Positions 27,880 through 40,224 of a DNA stretch of 64,000 nt are shown piece after piece. Each line of letters starts with the position of its first letter. Positions within the stretch are counted from its first letter, which is position 1. Source of the stretch: Mizuhopecten yessoensis (lineage: Eukaryota); assembly GCF_002113885.1 (NCBI RefSeq), contig NW_018406415.1:2348239-2412238 (forward strand), given 5' to 3'. The position numbers and the translations under genes were made by a program. A model generated the notes under the pieces. That model did no database searches, was not told the DNA's origin, and worked only from the letters and a program-made list of their open reading frames with translations.

Positions 27880-30800
27880 AGAGTCAATGTATGTCCATAC
27901 TTCTACAACGCTCGAGCGTTCTAATGTGTGAAATTACATAAGGAGAAATACTAATCAGTGTAAACTACTAACCCGCCCTCACACACTTAACGTCCGCCCC
28001 GGACTGGGTGTTACACGTTACACTATAATATCAATATGCTACAGACCCCTGTGTCTACGTAGAACCTTGCTAAACAGACGTGCTTTTCGAAATGTGTTTG
28101 ATTATAATACTCCTGACAATTTATTCTATATAACATTTTATCATTATGTGAGAGAAAAAAATCCCAATGAGTCGGTGTTTGCCAATCGAACAATCTTGAG
28201 CCGGAAGTAGAATTTGATGTCGATAAGATATCGCCACCAACCAGTCCCGTTATTTCATAACACTCCGGGAAAGAGGAGGGGATTTTCGTGTATAAAGGGT
28301 ATCGCATTCCTTTGCCTTGGACATCGACTATCTTAAACGCCTCCGGACACTGGGGATCTTTAGGAACTGTATCGCGAGAAAATACAACGTAATTTATGTA
28401 AATAATCTTTTTGTTTCATCAACCCTTTTCATCAAGAAACTCAATACCTGACCGAGTTGCGTGGGAAATGCATGCATACAGATATACACATTGACCGGAA
28501 ATAGATATATCCGATAGCTTTTCAAACGCCACGGTCATGCAAGCTTTATAAGATTGTTCAAACTCGGTACTTCGCAAACAGGATTGTGAAAATTAGGAAT
28601 TTGTGATTGTGTTACAAGATTCATAGCGGTACATGTTCTCGTTTAGGGCTCAGTGGATAGCCGGATTTCCGGTAACCTATAATGCGGCGCGTGCGGAGCC
28701 ACCGGGTACTATCGGAAAAAACCATTCCGTCGGGGAGTTTTATCTAAATTCGACGAGAAACACCATTAAATTGCAGTTGAGAGCAGGACTATGGTCTACA
28801 GATATTATTTTAATTTCGTGAAATATGTACAACTCTAGGAAACGTAACATGCCTAGGGAACCGAGCGACTCAGTAATCAGTCAAGCTGGAAACCTTGCCG
28901 TTTTTAATTGATGCTCAACACCATTTGGCTTCCCTACTATCAAATGATGAATGCGACATATTTTTGATCAAACATATCAAATATCCGTGATCAAAACATC
29001 TCGGACAAAGCTGTTATAACGGCGTAATCTTTCATGACATTTTATCACATACCTGTTGAATCTTGTTATAGTAATACAAGCAATTTTCAGACCATGAAAT
29101 ACAACGTTCTGTATTGCACATGTGCAATACGGAATGTTGTATTTACCTACTAGCCGGAACTACTTTTTCATGGGAATCCCCTTGTCACGGCGAACTGAAA
29201 AGTTCCCGGTATTTGCAAAAAATATCGAAGTTTTTAAAATCTTTGTATATCAATCTCTACCAAATATGGAAGGTATGTGATAAAAGCAAGACCACAAACT
29301 TGTGTTTTTCTAACGAATCAGAAAGCACTCATTTGTTGCGCGGACGTATATATTCACTCCGTGCGCTCCGCGTACTCGTGAATACATTCGTCCGCACAAT
29401 AAACTCGTGCTTTCTGAACGTTAGAAAAACACAAGTGTGGGGTCTTTCATATATATATTTAGCCCGTTTTGGTATTCTTGTTAAATGGGGTTGAGCATCG
29501 ATTGAAAATGGCAAACGTTCAGCTTGACTGATTACTTGATTGCGTTTCACAAAATTAAAATAATGATATAATAAGAATAAGTCATGCTGTCAACTGCAAT
29601 TTAGTTGTGTTCCGTCGAATTTAGATATGCTCCCCGGCCGAATCGTCTTTTCCGGTAGTACCCGGTGCAAGCACTATATAGGGAGGCAGAAAACCATTAT
29701 ATCAGAATTGGGTTCGAAAGATTCAATATACTGTAACTTTTTTTAACTGAGATTCTTGTAACTGTTTTATTCGTATGAAGAGGGTATTCCGGAAGCCTCG
29801 ATCTGGTTAACTGGGACTGTGCAACAGACAAATGGAACTTTCCTCCCAATAGCCATGCCCATCATACACGAAAACAGATGCTACGTTCTTACAGAATTCA
29901 AACCGGATGAGGGAAGCCCTGGAGCTGATGACGTAAGCGGACATTTTAGGAAAAATAATTGAATTAAAAATGAAAAGGATAGTGCGATTGAAATATATGT
30001 CCGTCAAAGTGTCAAATTTTAAATTAAATAAACTAAAATTAAAATCAGTTGGAAAAATGAATAGAATTTCAGGGGTATGTAAATTCACGGGACTTATCAT
30101 AGGGAGAATTACTAGACTTTTCAATAGAACTCTGTATGTTTACCGAAAGTTGATACAAAACACACGGAGAAGGCCAAACATGCATACTAAGGTTATTTTT
30201 TCTGATGTCAATGTGAATTTTACAACCAGTCTTGCTATAATTGTTCCCAAAGATACTAGTAAGTGTGATTACTGAGTTATTCTTTGCGGACGGAGGGTAA
30301 AACACAAAAACAAATTCCTACGCGACATGACAGGATTCCGATTTAAAATAAATGGTAGGACAAAGTTTTACAGCTTATGGTATTGTTTATGTCGTTAGTA
30401 AAATGTCTTTTTTTCAATTATGATAAATAGCAAATAAATGTCATAGAATTGCCTAGAAGTGATATTGTACACATAATCTAAGACGCCAGCAACCAATCAG
30501 TTGAGACTATATAGCGATCAATAAACCAAATCAAATGTTCACTAGACAACTCTTTAAGTAAATTGAATACTAAACAAACTATGAAGAAATAGGAACAAGT
30601 TATTTTTTTGGTAAAATAACTTTGTTTTTAAAATATTTTAATTTCATGCAATGTGTTTGGATTTGTTTGGATTTGTTTGTTATGTAAGTATTGTTTGAGT
30701 CCTTATTAGTCAGGCTTGTGACGTATTATTTTGTCAAATGATCGAACAAAAAATGTCGTTGGGGAATTTAAAGAAACTGTTTTATTTATCTTTTTTTTTT

Positions 30801-31777
30801 TGTCACAGCCATCAATCCTGGGTATGCAGAGACTCTACGCTATAGACATGTTCCAGCGAATGGTAGACCGTCTACACATCACGTGGTACTTTAACTTTGA
30901 ACGTGAAACCGGAAGTCATAAACAGTTCCGGGAAAGAACCGGGAGAAACAAATTTGTGGAAGAAATGGATATGGATAACAACATGAATATGAATACGGAA
31001 GAACAGGTTGAAGATTTACAACCTTCCGTGATGTTTAATGTTGAAACAAACACTGTTATGGTAAACCTTCCTCCTCCGGAAGGTTCGAACGCGGGTCCCA
31101 CACTGTGGGGATTGAAAGATAACGGTGACACCCCGACTCAGCTTTTTAGAGCCACGGCTGGACTGAAACAAATGGCCATGTTTGACACAAGCACATCCAC
31201 GTCCGGAACTGCTTTACCGGAAATGACAAAACATAGATCGGACGGAATTTCTGCTGGCAGGTTCGGTCCCTTCCCTCACGGAAGCAAAACCTCTAATGAC
31301 GCCGGAACTGATGTTTGGGCAGTTTTGACGAACTTGGCATCGATTGTACAGTTATCCCCCTTGACTGGAGCGATACAAAAGTCGGTTGACGTTTCTACGC
31401 TTCTAAAGGTACAGAAAGCTCAGATCACGTCAAATCTCATGGTTGCGAGATCAGCCGGTTCGAATAACGATGTTTTGATTTTCGGTGTTGAAGTTGCAAT
31501 CCCTCCTCCAAATACAGAGGAAGCACGTGGTTTTGTTCTCCTCTGTGAAGAGCACGGACTTCCGGTTAATCTTTCTGTGTCGACCTTTGTGATGGGAGTT
31601 TCCGGGGCGGATGGCACATTGGTGTGGTTGGTTCCTTTGCCGGATGGTTTAAAAGCCGGTGGACAGATCACAGGGATTCCTTTAACTGGACCAGAAAATG
31701 ACGATCTGAATGACATTTTAGTCGTTTTTGCCGGGAACGATAAATCTTCAACAGTTTTAGCAATAAGTAGTCACTAA
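22416..31777 (+). CDS. Uncharacterised secreted protein, 551 aa, probable PQQ/BamB-like beta-propeller
   Basis: Exons 22416-22684, 25187-25381, 25831-25901, 29781-29932 and 30809-31777 join in phase (2,2,1,0) to 1656 nt. Signal peptide MADFTSYVSVAVFLLCVVSRSCNA; blade-like motifs YISLDVGTGSLEW, VQLSPLTGAIQK, MGVSGADGTLVW and LYAID. Confidence 0.8.
26608..26762. repeat. ~23-bp tandem repeat (GTGATATCACACCCCTAGAAAA) x5, probably inside a non-autonomous DNA element
   Basis: Direct repeats at 26650-26760; related gatatcacacccc/atatcagccc motifs at ~27090-27132. Confidence 0.7.
27639..27835. mobile_element. Near full-length palindromic CACAGGGAC-TIR MITE, right end lost in the N/poly-G tract
   Basis: cacagggacctggtaatttgttacagctatatttggacctaaa...tttaggtccaaatatagctgtaacaaat; the whole element folds back on itself. 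Confidence 0.75.
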
Positions 31778-32586
31778 CAATGTGACCTTCTGTCACCCCA
31801 GCAATGGGACCTACTTATCCCAAACAATGTGACATACTCCGTGTTTCCAGCAATGTGACCTACTTACCATCATAAATGTGACACGCTGTCCCCTACTAGC
31901 ATTGTAAACTATAGCTATTTTCAATGCTACCGTTTCATAGCGCAAAGAAATCGTACGCAACTTGTTGATACAATACATACATCATTATTCAGGCCAATCA
32001 GACATCGAAGATTTGACTTCAAAATAAGACAAAATTAAATCGAAATCAAAAGAGAAAATTGCCTTTTTTCGTAATTTCGTTGTCTTACTCTACACAAATA
32101 AATTCAATTTGGAGTCTGTAAAACATTTAGATTACTATCACAGCGGTATGGTTAAGATGAATATGATGAGATGACATTATCTTATGTCTTTAAATCCGAA
32201 AGTTCTTTAAAGTTTTGAATTTTATTGTGTAGGTCTATTACGGACCGTATGCTGTGTAAGCGCCATTTTGTATGTGGTTGTGTTTGACTTCGGGGTGGGG
32301 GAAGTGAATGGGTGTTTCCGTAATGCTTCTGAAAGTTTTACAGTGTGTGTCTCCAAGTGCATTTAAAATGTTTATGTGGTATTTTATATCTTTATTGCTT
32401 TTGAAAACGGAGAACTTGATAATGAATGTTTGATTAGATTAAGTAGGGGAAAATATTCCGGTTAACAATGACGCGTATCCAAATATTGTAATTATGTATT
32501 CAAATACGAGTTCTTATTTACGCTAGGAAAAATAAAAACGAAAAAAAATACTATACAGTTACCGTTTATTTTTTTCATTTAATTTG

Positions 32587-34052
32587 TGTCGGACGTAACA
32601 TGATATTAATGAACATATATATTCATAACACACTGACCACAGAATGTTTCAGACGTAGTATGTTGATAACACAGGGACCTGACAACAGGATTTAGTATAT
32701 GTCGTTGATAATTAAGCGTTGGAAGTTAGCATGTTAAGAACACAGGGACCTGAAATCAAAATGTTGTATGACCGGGTACCTGAGAACATGATTTAGTAAA
32801 TGTCGGACGTAGCATGTTAATAACACAGGGACATGAGAACAGGATGTAACAAGTGTCGGACATAGCATGTTAATAACCCAGTGCCATATGCAAACAGGAT
32901 TTAGTTAGTGTCGGAGGTAGCATGTTTATAACACAGGGACATGGGAACAGGATTCATCATGGGAATCCCCTTGTCACTTAATAAAAGCAAGACCACAAAC
33001 TTGTGTTTAGTAAGTGTCGGACGTAGCACGGTAAAAACCCAGGGACATGCGAACAGGATTTAGTTAGTGTCGGACGTAGCATGTTTATAAGACAGGGACC
33101 TGAGAACAGGATTCGGTTTGTTTCGGACGAAGCATGTTAATAACACAGGGATCTGAGAACAGGATTTAGTTAGTGTCGGACGTAGCATGTTAATAACACA
33201 GGGGTCTGATAACAGGATTTAGTAAGTGTCGGACGTAGCACGGTAAAAACCCAGGGACATGCGAACAGAATTTAGTTAGTGTCGGACGTAGCATGTTTAT
33301 AAGACAGGGACATGAGAACAGGATTCAGTTTGTTTAGGACGTAGCATGTTAATAACACAGGGATCTGAGAACAGGATTTAGTAAGTGTCGGACGTAGCAC
33401 GGTAAAAACCCAGGGACATGCGAACAGGATTTAGTTAGTGTCGGACGTAGCATGTTTATAAGACAGGGACATGCGAACAGGATTCAGTTTGATTCGGACG
33501 TAGCATGTTAATAACACAGGGACCTGGGAACAGGATTTAGTAAGTGTCGGACGTAGATTGTTTATAACACAGGGACATGAGAACAGGATTCAGTTTGTTT
33601 CGGACGTAGCATGTTAATAACACATGGGTCTGATAACAGGATTTAGTTAGTGTCGGACGTAGCACGGTAACAACCCAGGGACATGCGAACAGGATTTAGT
33701 TAGTGTCGGACGTAGCATGTTTATAAGACAGGGACCTGAGAACAGGATTCAGTTTGTTTCGGACGTAGCATGTTAATAACACAGGGATCTGAGAACAGGA
33801 TTTAGTTAGTGTCGGACGTAGAATGTTTATAACACAGGGACATGAGAACAGGATTCAGTTTGTTTCGGACGTAGCACGTTAATAACCCAGGGACACGAGA
33901 ACAGGATTTGTTTATAACACAGGGACATGATAACAGGATGTAATAAGTGTCGGACGTATCATGTTAATAACCAAGGGCCAGGTACCTGAGAACAGGATTC
34001 AGTTTGTGTCTGACGTAGCATGTTAAAAATAACACAGGGATCTGAGAACAGG
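32587..34052. repeat. 53-bp minisatellite (~25 units) with higher-order variants
   Basis: Unit gtcggacgtagcatgttaataacacagggacctgagaacaggatttagtaagt; period measured 33016->33069. Confidence 0.95.
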
Positions 34053-34099
34053 GTAACGTTGTGACCAATGCTGATGTGTGGTGAGTTTATCGGCCATCG

Positions 34100-34600
34100 T
34101 ATTTAAAGGGGGTAGACACACTCAGTAGAAATGTTCACTCACCGAATGGATCATACTCTGTGATTCCCCGTATAACAGCTGACAAATTGGACTGATTTTA
34201 TCACTATCAAATAACGCAGAAAGAAGGGGAGGGGTAGTTGTGGATTCAAGATTTCTGTAAGAAATTGTGGCCAAAACTACGAACATCCTTTGCAAACACT
34301 CCTTTTCCTTTCCCCTTTTCCTGAAGGTCTGAAGGATGGCGTGGGGAGCGGGAGGGGCACCTCCCAACGGGGCCAAAAGAGTTTTTCATGGATGGGGATG
34401 GGGAGTGAGTTTATGATGACAGGACAGGTTGTTGAGCCGGACTTGGACTGTTTATTCTAGCTAGGTATAGCTGTGCCATTACCACTCATTGGTACATGAG
34501 AATCAGTTGCAGGATAATTATAAAATACCCGGCCCAAAACACTCACACAAATGATGTTTCAATCGTTGGGGCAGCATTTTTACTAATGTACGCCATTACT
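34100..34600 (-). mobile_element. Highly decayed Penelope-like (GIY-YIG) remnant
   Basis: Minus-strand CQLLYGESQSMIHSVSEHF and FRKRGK loosely resemble Penelope endonuclease-region motifs. Confidence 0.35.
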
Positions 34601-34681
34601 TGTGAGGGATTAGGGGGAGGGAGCATTTTACAGAATGTTCTACCTACACATCAGGACATCCTATGATTGTTTCTCGTGTCC

Positions 34682-34791
34682 TAGTCCGAATTATTCTGAC
34701 GTTTTATCAACTTTTTTCATATCGGTCTGTCGTTAATCGACGACAGACCGATATGAAAAAAGTTGATAAAACGTCAGAATAATTCGGACTA
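34682..34791. mobile_element. 110-bp near-perfect fold-back element with 9-bp TSD
   Basis: CTCGTGTCC|TAGTCCGAATTATTCTGACG...CGTCAGAATAATTCGGACTA|CTCGTGTCC. Confidence 0.9.
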
Positions 34792-34922
34792 CTCGTGTCC
34801 CTGTGTACCACACACTTAGCGTACTAGTATGCAATTGCAATGTTGATGGTTACTGAATTTGGTTATATTGGGCATGGAAAACATCAGAATCTGATAACTT
34901 ATTCATCTTTTACTATATACTC

Positions 34923-35029
34923 TAGTCCGAATTATTCTGACGTTTTATCGACATTTTTTTATCGGTTTCGGTTAATCGACGACAGACCGATATAAAAAAG
35001 TCGATAAAACGTCAGAATAGTTCGGACTA
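34923..35029. mobile_element. Second copy of the TAGTCCGAA fold-back element
   Basis: Same arms; flanks tatatactc / tatatagtt (7/9 match). Confidence 0.85.
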
Positions 35030-35230
35030 TATATAGTTATCAGCATTATTATGACGTCATAATTGTTCCGTTAGATACCACTGACCTTCCCGGGGCGATG
35101 GCTATTCTATTCATTTAACAAAAATTAAGGTAAATCCATTATTTGAACTGACGTTAAATGTTGAAATAATAAGTGTAAATGATTTTTTTTAATGTCAAGT
35201 GTTTCTAAAAACGGCAAATATAAGTATTGA

Positions 35231-35735
35231 TTTGGTTTGGTTTGGTTTAGTATTATTTAACGTCCTATCAACAGCTATGGTCTTTTAAGGACGGCCTCCC
35301 CTGTATGCAAGATGCATGCGTGTAGTGTATGCGTGTGTATTTTGGGAGGCTGCGATATGTTCGTGTTTGTCTCCTTGTGATAGCGCGGAACTGACGCCGA
35401 CTTTATAGTGCTACCTCACTGAAACATACTGCCGAAGACATCCAGCAGGACATCCCACCCGCTCACATTAATTATATCGACAACGGGCGAACCAGTCGTT
35501 CCACTCCTAAATTGCTGAACGTTAAGCAGGAGTAGAAACTACCATTTTTATAGACTCTGGTATGTCTCGGCCAGGGGACAGAACCCAAAGCCTTCCTCAC
35601 AGGTGCGAACGCTCAACTCAAGGCCAAAAGTGAGACATTGTCAAGGGAAACATTAGGAAGAAAAAAGTTGTTTACAAAGAAGAGAAAAGATAAGATCCCA
35701 AATTTAGTCGCCTCTTACGATCATGCAATGGGCCC
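35231..35735 (-). mobile_element. Meta-type tRNA-derived SINE with 5' extension
   Basis: Minus strand: tRNA-like head (tggccttgagttgagc...gggttctgtccc), Meta-like core (gactggttcgcc...tttcagtgaggtagcactataaa) and gctgttgataggacgttaaa(ccaaa)n tail. Confidence 0.75.
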
Positions 35736-38700
35736 CAAGCAACATGTATGCCAACTTGAAAATGGTTAATCCAAAATGAAGCGTCTTTTCTGTTTTCACC
35801 GTAAATACGAATATCTTATCTAAAGAGAGTTAAACATTGTTTGAAGACATCAGTTGTCAGCTATAAAGGATTTGTCATTAGCATATATCGGTAAGAAGAA
35901 ATATTAATGTGTGCTTCGAAAGATGAACATTTTCCCGGGTCTATTAAAACATGTAACAGTCAATCGATAACCCCCTTCCTTCCAAATAAACAAATAGTTA
36001 AATAAATAAACTATAAATGTTGAAAGGGAATGTGGCATACCTTACCATATCTAAAACAGCATTTCCAGAGAACATATTAAAAGAATATCATTTTGTAATG
36101 AAATGCCCGTTATACATTAAAATCAAATAAAAAAATATGTAGAAATACTATATTCAACCGAATAGCTCTGGCAACAATTTGTTGAATTCGTTTTATTGGA
36201 GAACAAATTGCATATTAAATTCAAAATTTACTGAATCAATTTTAATTTATAGCAAAAGTATTTTTTTTTTATAAATTGAAAGTGATTAGCATTTTTCTAA
36301 TGTAAACATCACTTATAATTTTGTAACAGTTACACGTTTCCAAACACTTGTTAATCATGTGAGAAGTAATGTTCAACTTTTATCCGTTATCATTGCATGC
36401 ATCCGGCACTACCAAAATTAAACAAAATAAATTGTGATTTCAGCATAAATTCTTTATATATAGCCACATTTACATATATATATATAGGCCAAAGTAGATT
36501 TTTTTGTTTCTTATCGGGGAAGTGAATGTGTTTGGCCAAAAACCTTGCGAAGCAATATTTTTACACGATATGAAGAAAGTTTTACAACTTAAATATAACC
36601 CGCCAACAAGGAAATGTTGAGTGATTGTAGTTTTGGACGATACCAATAGGCTCAATTGTAGACGTTTTGTCTTGACATTTTAGGATTATTTACGGAGTAT
36701 TTCGAGTATTAATATCCGTTTTATTTAAAGTTTGATGGAGAATACGATACAATAAGCGTTTACGATGAATTGATTGAATAGTTTGAATAGGCCTAGTACC
36801 TTTTCTGTTCTTAACTACCCCGGTGAAAATAGACTCGTCCACTGAATGCCCTGTCCTCGTGCGCAGTTGTCAACAAGAGTGGAAACGAGTTGTTTGCAGA
36901 AAAGGTAAATTTAGGCATAAACCGTGTAGAAAACAGAAGTAAAATGCATTTGCTATATGTGTTATCTTTAGATTAAAGATACTGATGCCAACAGTTGACA
37001 TTTTGTCAGAAAATAGTGACAAAATTTACGTTTTAACCAACAAATAATTAAAAATGGCAATGCTGTTGTTGTCATTTCTCCAGATCTGGCAAAGACAGTT
37101 TCAGAATTTTTAACCCACTGTACAGTACTGTACTCTTACTTCACTTTTAATTGGAAAGTTCTAAAGCACGTCATTGTACGTAAATAGATGACCCGTTTTG
37201 ACAGTACTCCTGTCATTACAAATCGGCTAGGCCTATCGGCGACACAATTTTGATACCATGCATATGTGGTCAGTTTATACGAGTACTATTCAATCTGTTA
37301 CCTTGACTTTTATAATATATGTATCTGAATCTTAGGTCTTTCATGAATGTAGAGTACTTACCAATTCACTAGTTCTAGGTAGAAGTTGGTATGTGTTTCA
37401 ACAGAGTGGACTTTCAGCCTACTGAAAAATCCCATAAACAAAACTTAATAGAATTTCAATTCATTAACGTTATCTGGAATTTCAGCAGGTAAATATAAAT
37501 AAAAATGTTCGGTGAAACCAAAATAATCTTGATTTGAAGAGACCAAAATTTCCCAAACACAACAGTCCTTTTTTTTTGGAACAGTCTGTTCCTACATGAA
37601 ATAGGAAACAATAGAGCAATCGTACACATTTTTTCTTGATTTGAGGGGGGGGGGGGGGGGGGGAAACCCAGTCTGTTTTCGGTTGTAAAACAAGGCAAAA
37701 ACTCACTCAAAAACAACCTTGTACATGTACAGGTCTTTACTGCACACAATTGTGCACAGTTGATTTGGAGTTGAACATCAATTTCCTAATCGCCTAGTCC
37801 CAGTACTAGGAATTAAACCTGCTGTTAACAGAACTAAGTTGATGGAGATGTTACCATTGAACTATAAAGGTGATAATGGCCAGCTCTGTCATGTATCCAG
37901 TCTTGACCAGCTGATCTACTGACCATACCTTACATAAACACCCTCTCTATGTCCTTTAATGTATATTCGTGACCACCTGGTCTTTACAAATGGAAGCTAT
38001 TTGATACCACTCACACAAATTAAGAGTTTAGCTCTAGTGCTTTAGATAACGGTACCCTGATGTGATGTTGATTTAGGGGCAGTTGCTTGAGGTGTGATAG
38101 GGTCCTCCCCTCCAATTTGTTAACAGGTCTTTAGGTTTCATGGGTTGGCCCCTTTGTAGTGGGTCAGGACACAGTGTATCATGCTGAAAGATGAGTATAT
38201 GATAACTTGATTACACACTATAATAAATGTGAGAACAATAACACTGGGTTATTATGGAGACCCCAACAAGTCACACAGACCCTTACCATCACACACTGGG
38301 CTGGATTTCTTGGAAGTTGATAGATAATTTTTAATGAAATTCCATTTTAGTATTATAGTGTGTGAAAGATCATAATTTTCTATTATTTTGTATCTTTATT
38401 TTCCATATACAAATAGAAAAAAAAGTAAAATATAATTATATACATGTATGTAATTTTATACAGCTTGGCTAACTCATAGGAGCTAGTTGAGCTACGATAC
38501 ATAGATGCACAGATTTATTCTGACAATATAAAACATGTACAATCCTTTGATAGTCAGCTCATAATAAAAATATACATAATTTAATTGTAGTTGCTGCTAA
38601 TTCTCACAATGGACTAACAGTTGAAAAAAACAAAAAACTTTAGTGTCCTTTTTAACCCAATGATATATTTTTACCTGTTTGTGCTGGAATCATTTCTCCC

Positions 38701-39399
38701 ATAAACCCACTTGTGTTTTCAGTATGCGTTTCCTAGAATTTGACTCAATAACAATAAAATCTTTGCTATTATAAACAAGCCCTATGTACGAAAATTAGAA
38801 ATAAAAAATATTTAAAAAAAAATATCCTATCAATTTTTTCAGTCATTTAGAAAAAAGATTTTTTTTTTAATATATATATCTAAATGACCTTTCATAAAAA
38901 AATTACAGTTTGGAAGTCTTTATGAACGAAAGTCCTCTGTTAGACTGTGGTTTCCATAGTTTTAAGCAGACTAAAAGTACAAGTTACCTGGTCAGGTGTC
39001 AGATAGTGTTGATTGGGAATACGAATTTGGGGGATGTGGTGGTTAAATACATGCCAGAAAATATTTTAAAAGAGTTAAATAAGTAATAAGTGTTTTTAAG
39101 GAACAACATATATACATCATTATCAATAACAAAACAATAACTAATGGCAGAATATGGTTGAAAGATTCTCCAAAAGTAAATAAATACATTGTAAAAGTAA
39201 ATAAACCTTTCTACCCAACAACCCTTCCGATTTTGTCATTTGGCTGAAACTTGGAAAAATAGTTTTCTGTAAAGAAATACTTAATTCTAAAGTTAAATTT
39301 ATATGGTTAGATTTGCTTAAAGAAACTTGTTTTTTTGCCATAAACATTCCTCTTTATTAAAGTGGTGTAGAAAAAGTTCTGGGATGGACTTATCTAATT

Positions 39400-39840
39400 C
39401 TGTAGTGTTGGGCATTTTAATGAACCTGTAATGTTTAGTAAGATGTGTTTACTAGGGCATTGCAACATTTTCACTCCGGTGAGAAGTTGAAGAGGACAGC
39501 TATGGGAAGGGGGAATGGAGGGAACAACAGGTCTGTCAATAAGGGGCAGTGGGGAGGGGCTTGACCCGGAGCAGTTTTCATAGTAAAGCATAGTGTGTAC
39601 TGTCAGTAACTGGTACAAGCCCCATCAATCAATCATCAACTGCCATGAGGGGGAGGGACACTGGTGTTTCTATGGGTGTCCAAGAGGGGGAGGGGCTTAA
39701 GTACCCACACACAAGTTTCCATGGTGATGTATATTGTGTAAGGATGGGGGAGGGGAGTGTTGTTGTCTTTACTGTTGTCAATAGTGTTGATTGGACTTCT
39801 GCAGCCAACACATTTCTGTCATCCAGATCTGTGTTAGCCT
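39400..39840 (-). mobile_element. Decayed Penelope-like RT remnant (similar material at ~37800-38320)
   Basis: GC-richer patch; minus-strand LPLLDT (cf. LPFLD) and RPVVP-type remnants; no intact ORF. Confidence 0.3.
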
Positions 39841-40224
39841 ATTGATATTGTAAGCATGATAGGCATATAGATCGGAAATGAAAGTGATATCGAAGAAATG
39901 ATATCTCATTTCTTCTTCATGACACTAGAATGCTATAGATTGCCAGAAATATTTGTAGCAAATTCCTAAAATTTAAGAAAAGGTTTGTGAATTGTATGAA
40001 CGTTATTGATATTTCTTAGGGGGTCAGAGCATGAAAACTCGTATCTGAAACAGTTGTTGTTATTGTTGAAAACTGTAAATTGCATGAACATTTGCAATCA
40101 TTAAACATTTGATATCATTAAAACTATATCCTTAGCCAATTTTGTTAACATTGGTAGTCTGGGCCCTGTGTGAGAATCATTTTGTTTATGTTTGCTTGTG
40201 TTGTTACAGTGTACTCCAGCAGAG

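Noticed and set aside
27477-27880. Long poly-C/poly-G runs next to N bases (also 18666) as G-quadruplex elements
   Set aside because: They adjoin ambiguous bases, so run length is unreliable and probably a sequencing or assembly artefact.
30731-30808. N-terminal extensions of track ORFs 30731, 25056, 44239 and 54137
   Set aside because: These are intronic read-through from TTG/GTG starts; the real exons begin at AG acceptors (30809, 25187, 44277, 54066).
32587-34052. CRISPR-like appearance of the 53-bp array (also 62750-63600)
   Set aside because: Units are contiguous with no unique spacers, there are no cas genes, and the context is eukaryotic.
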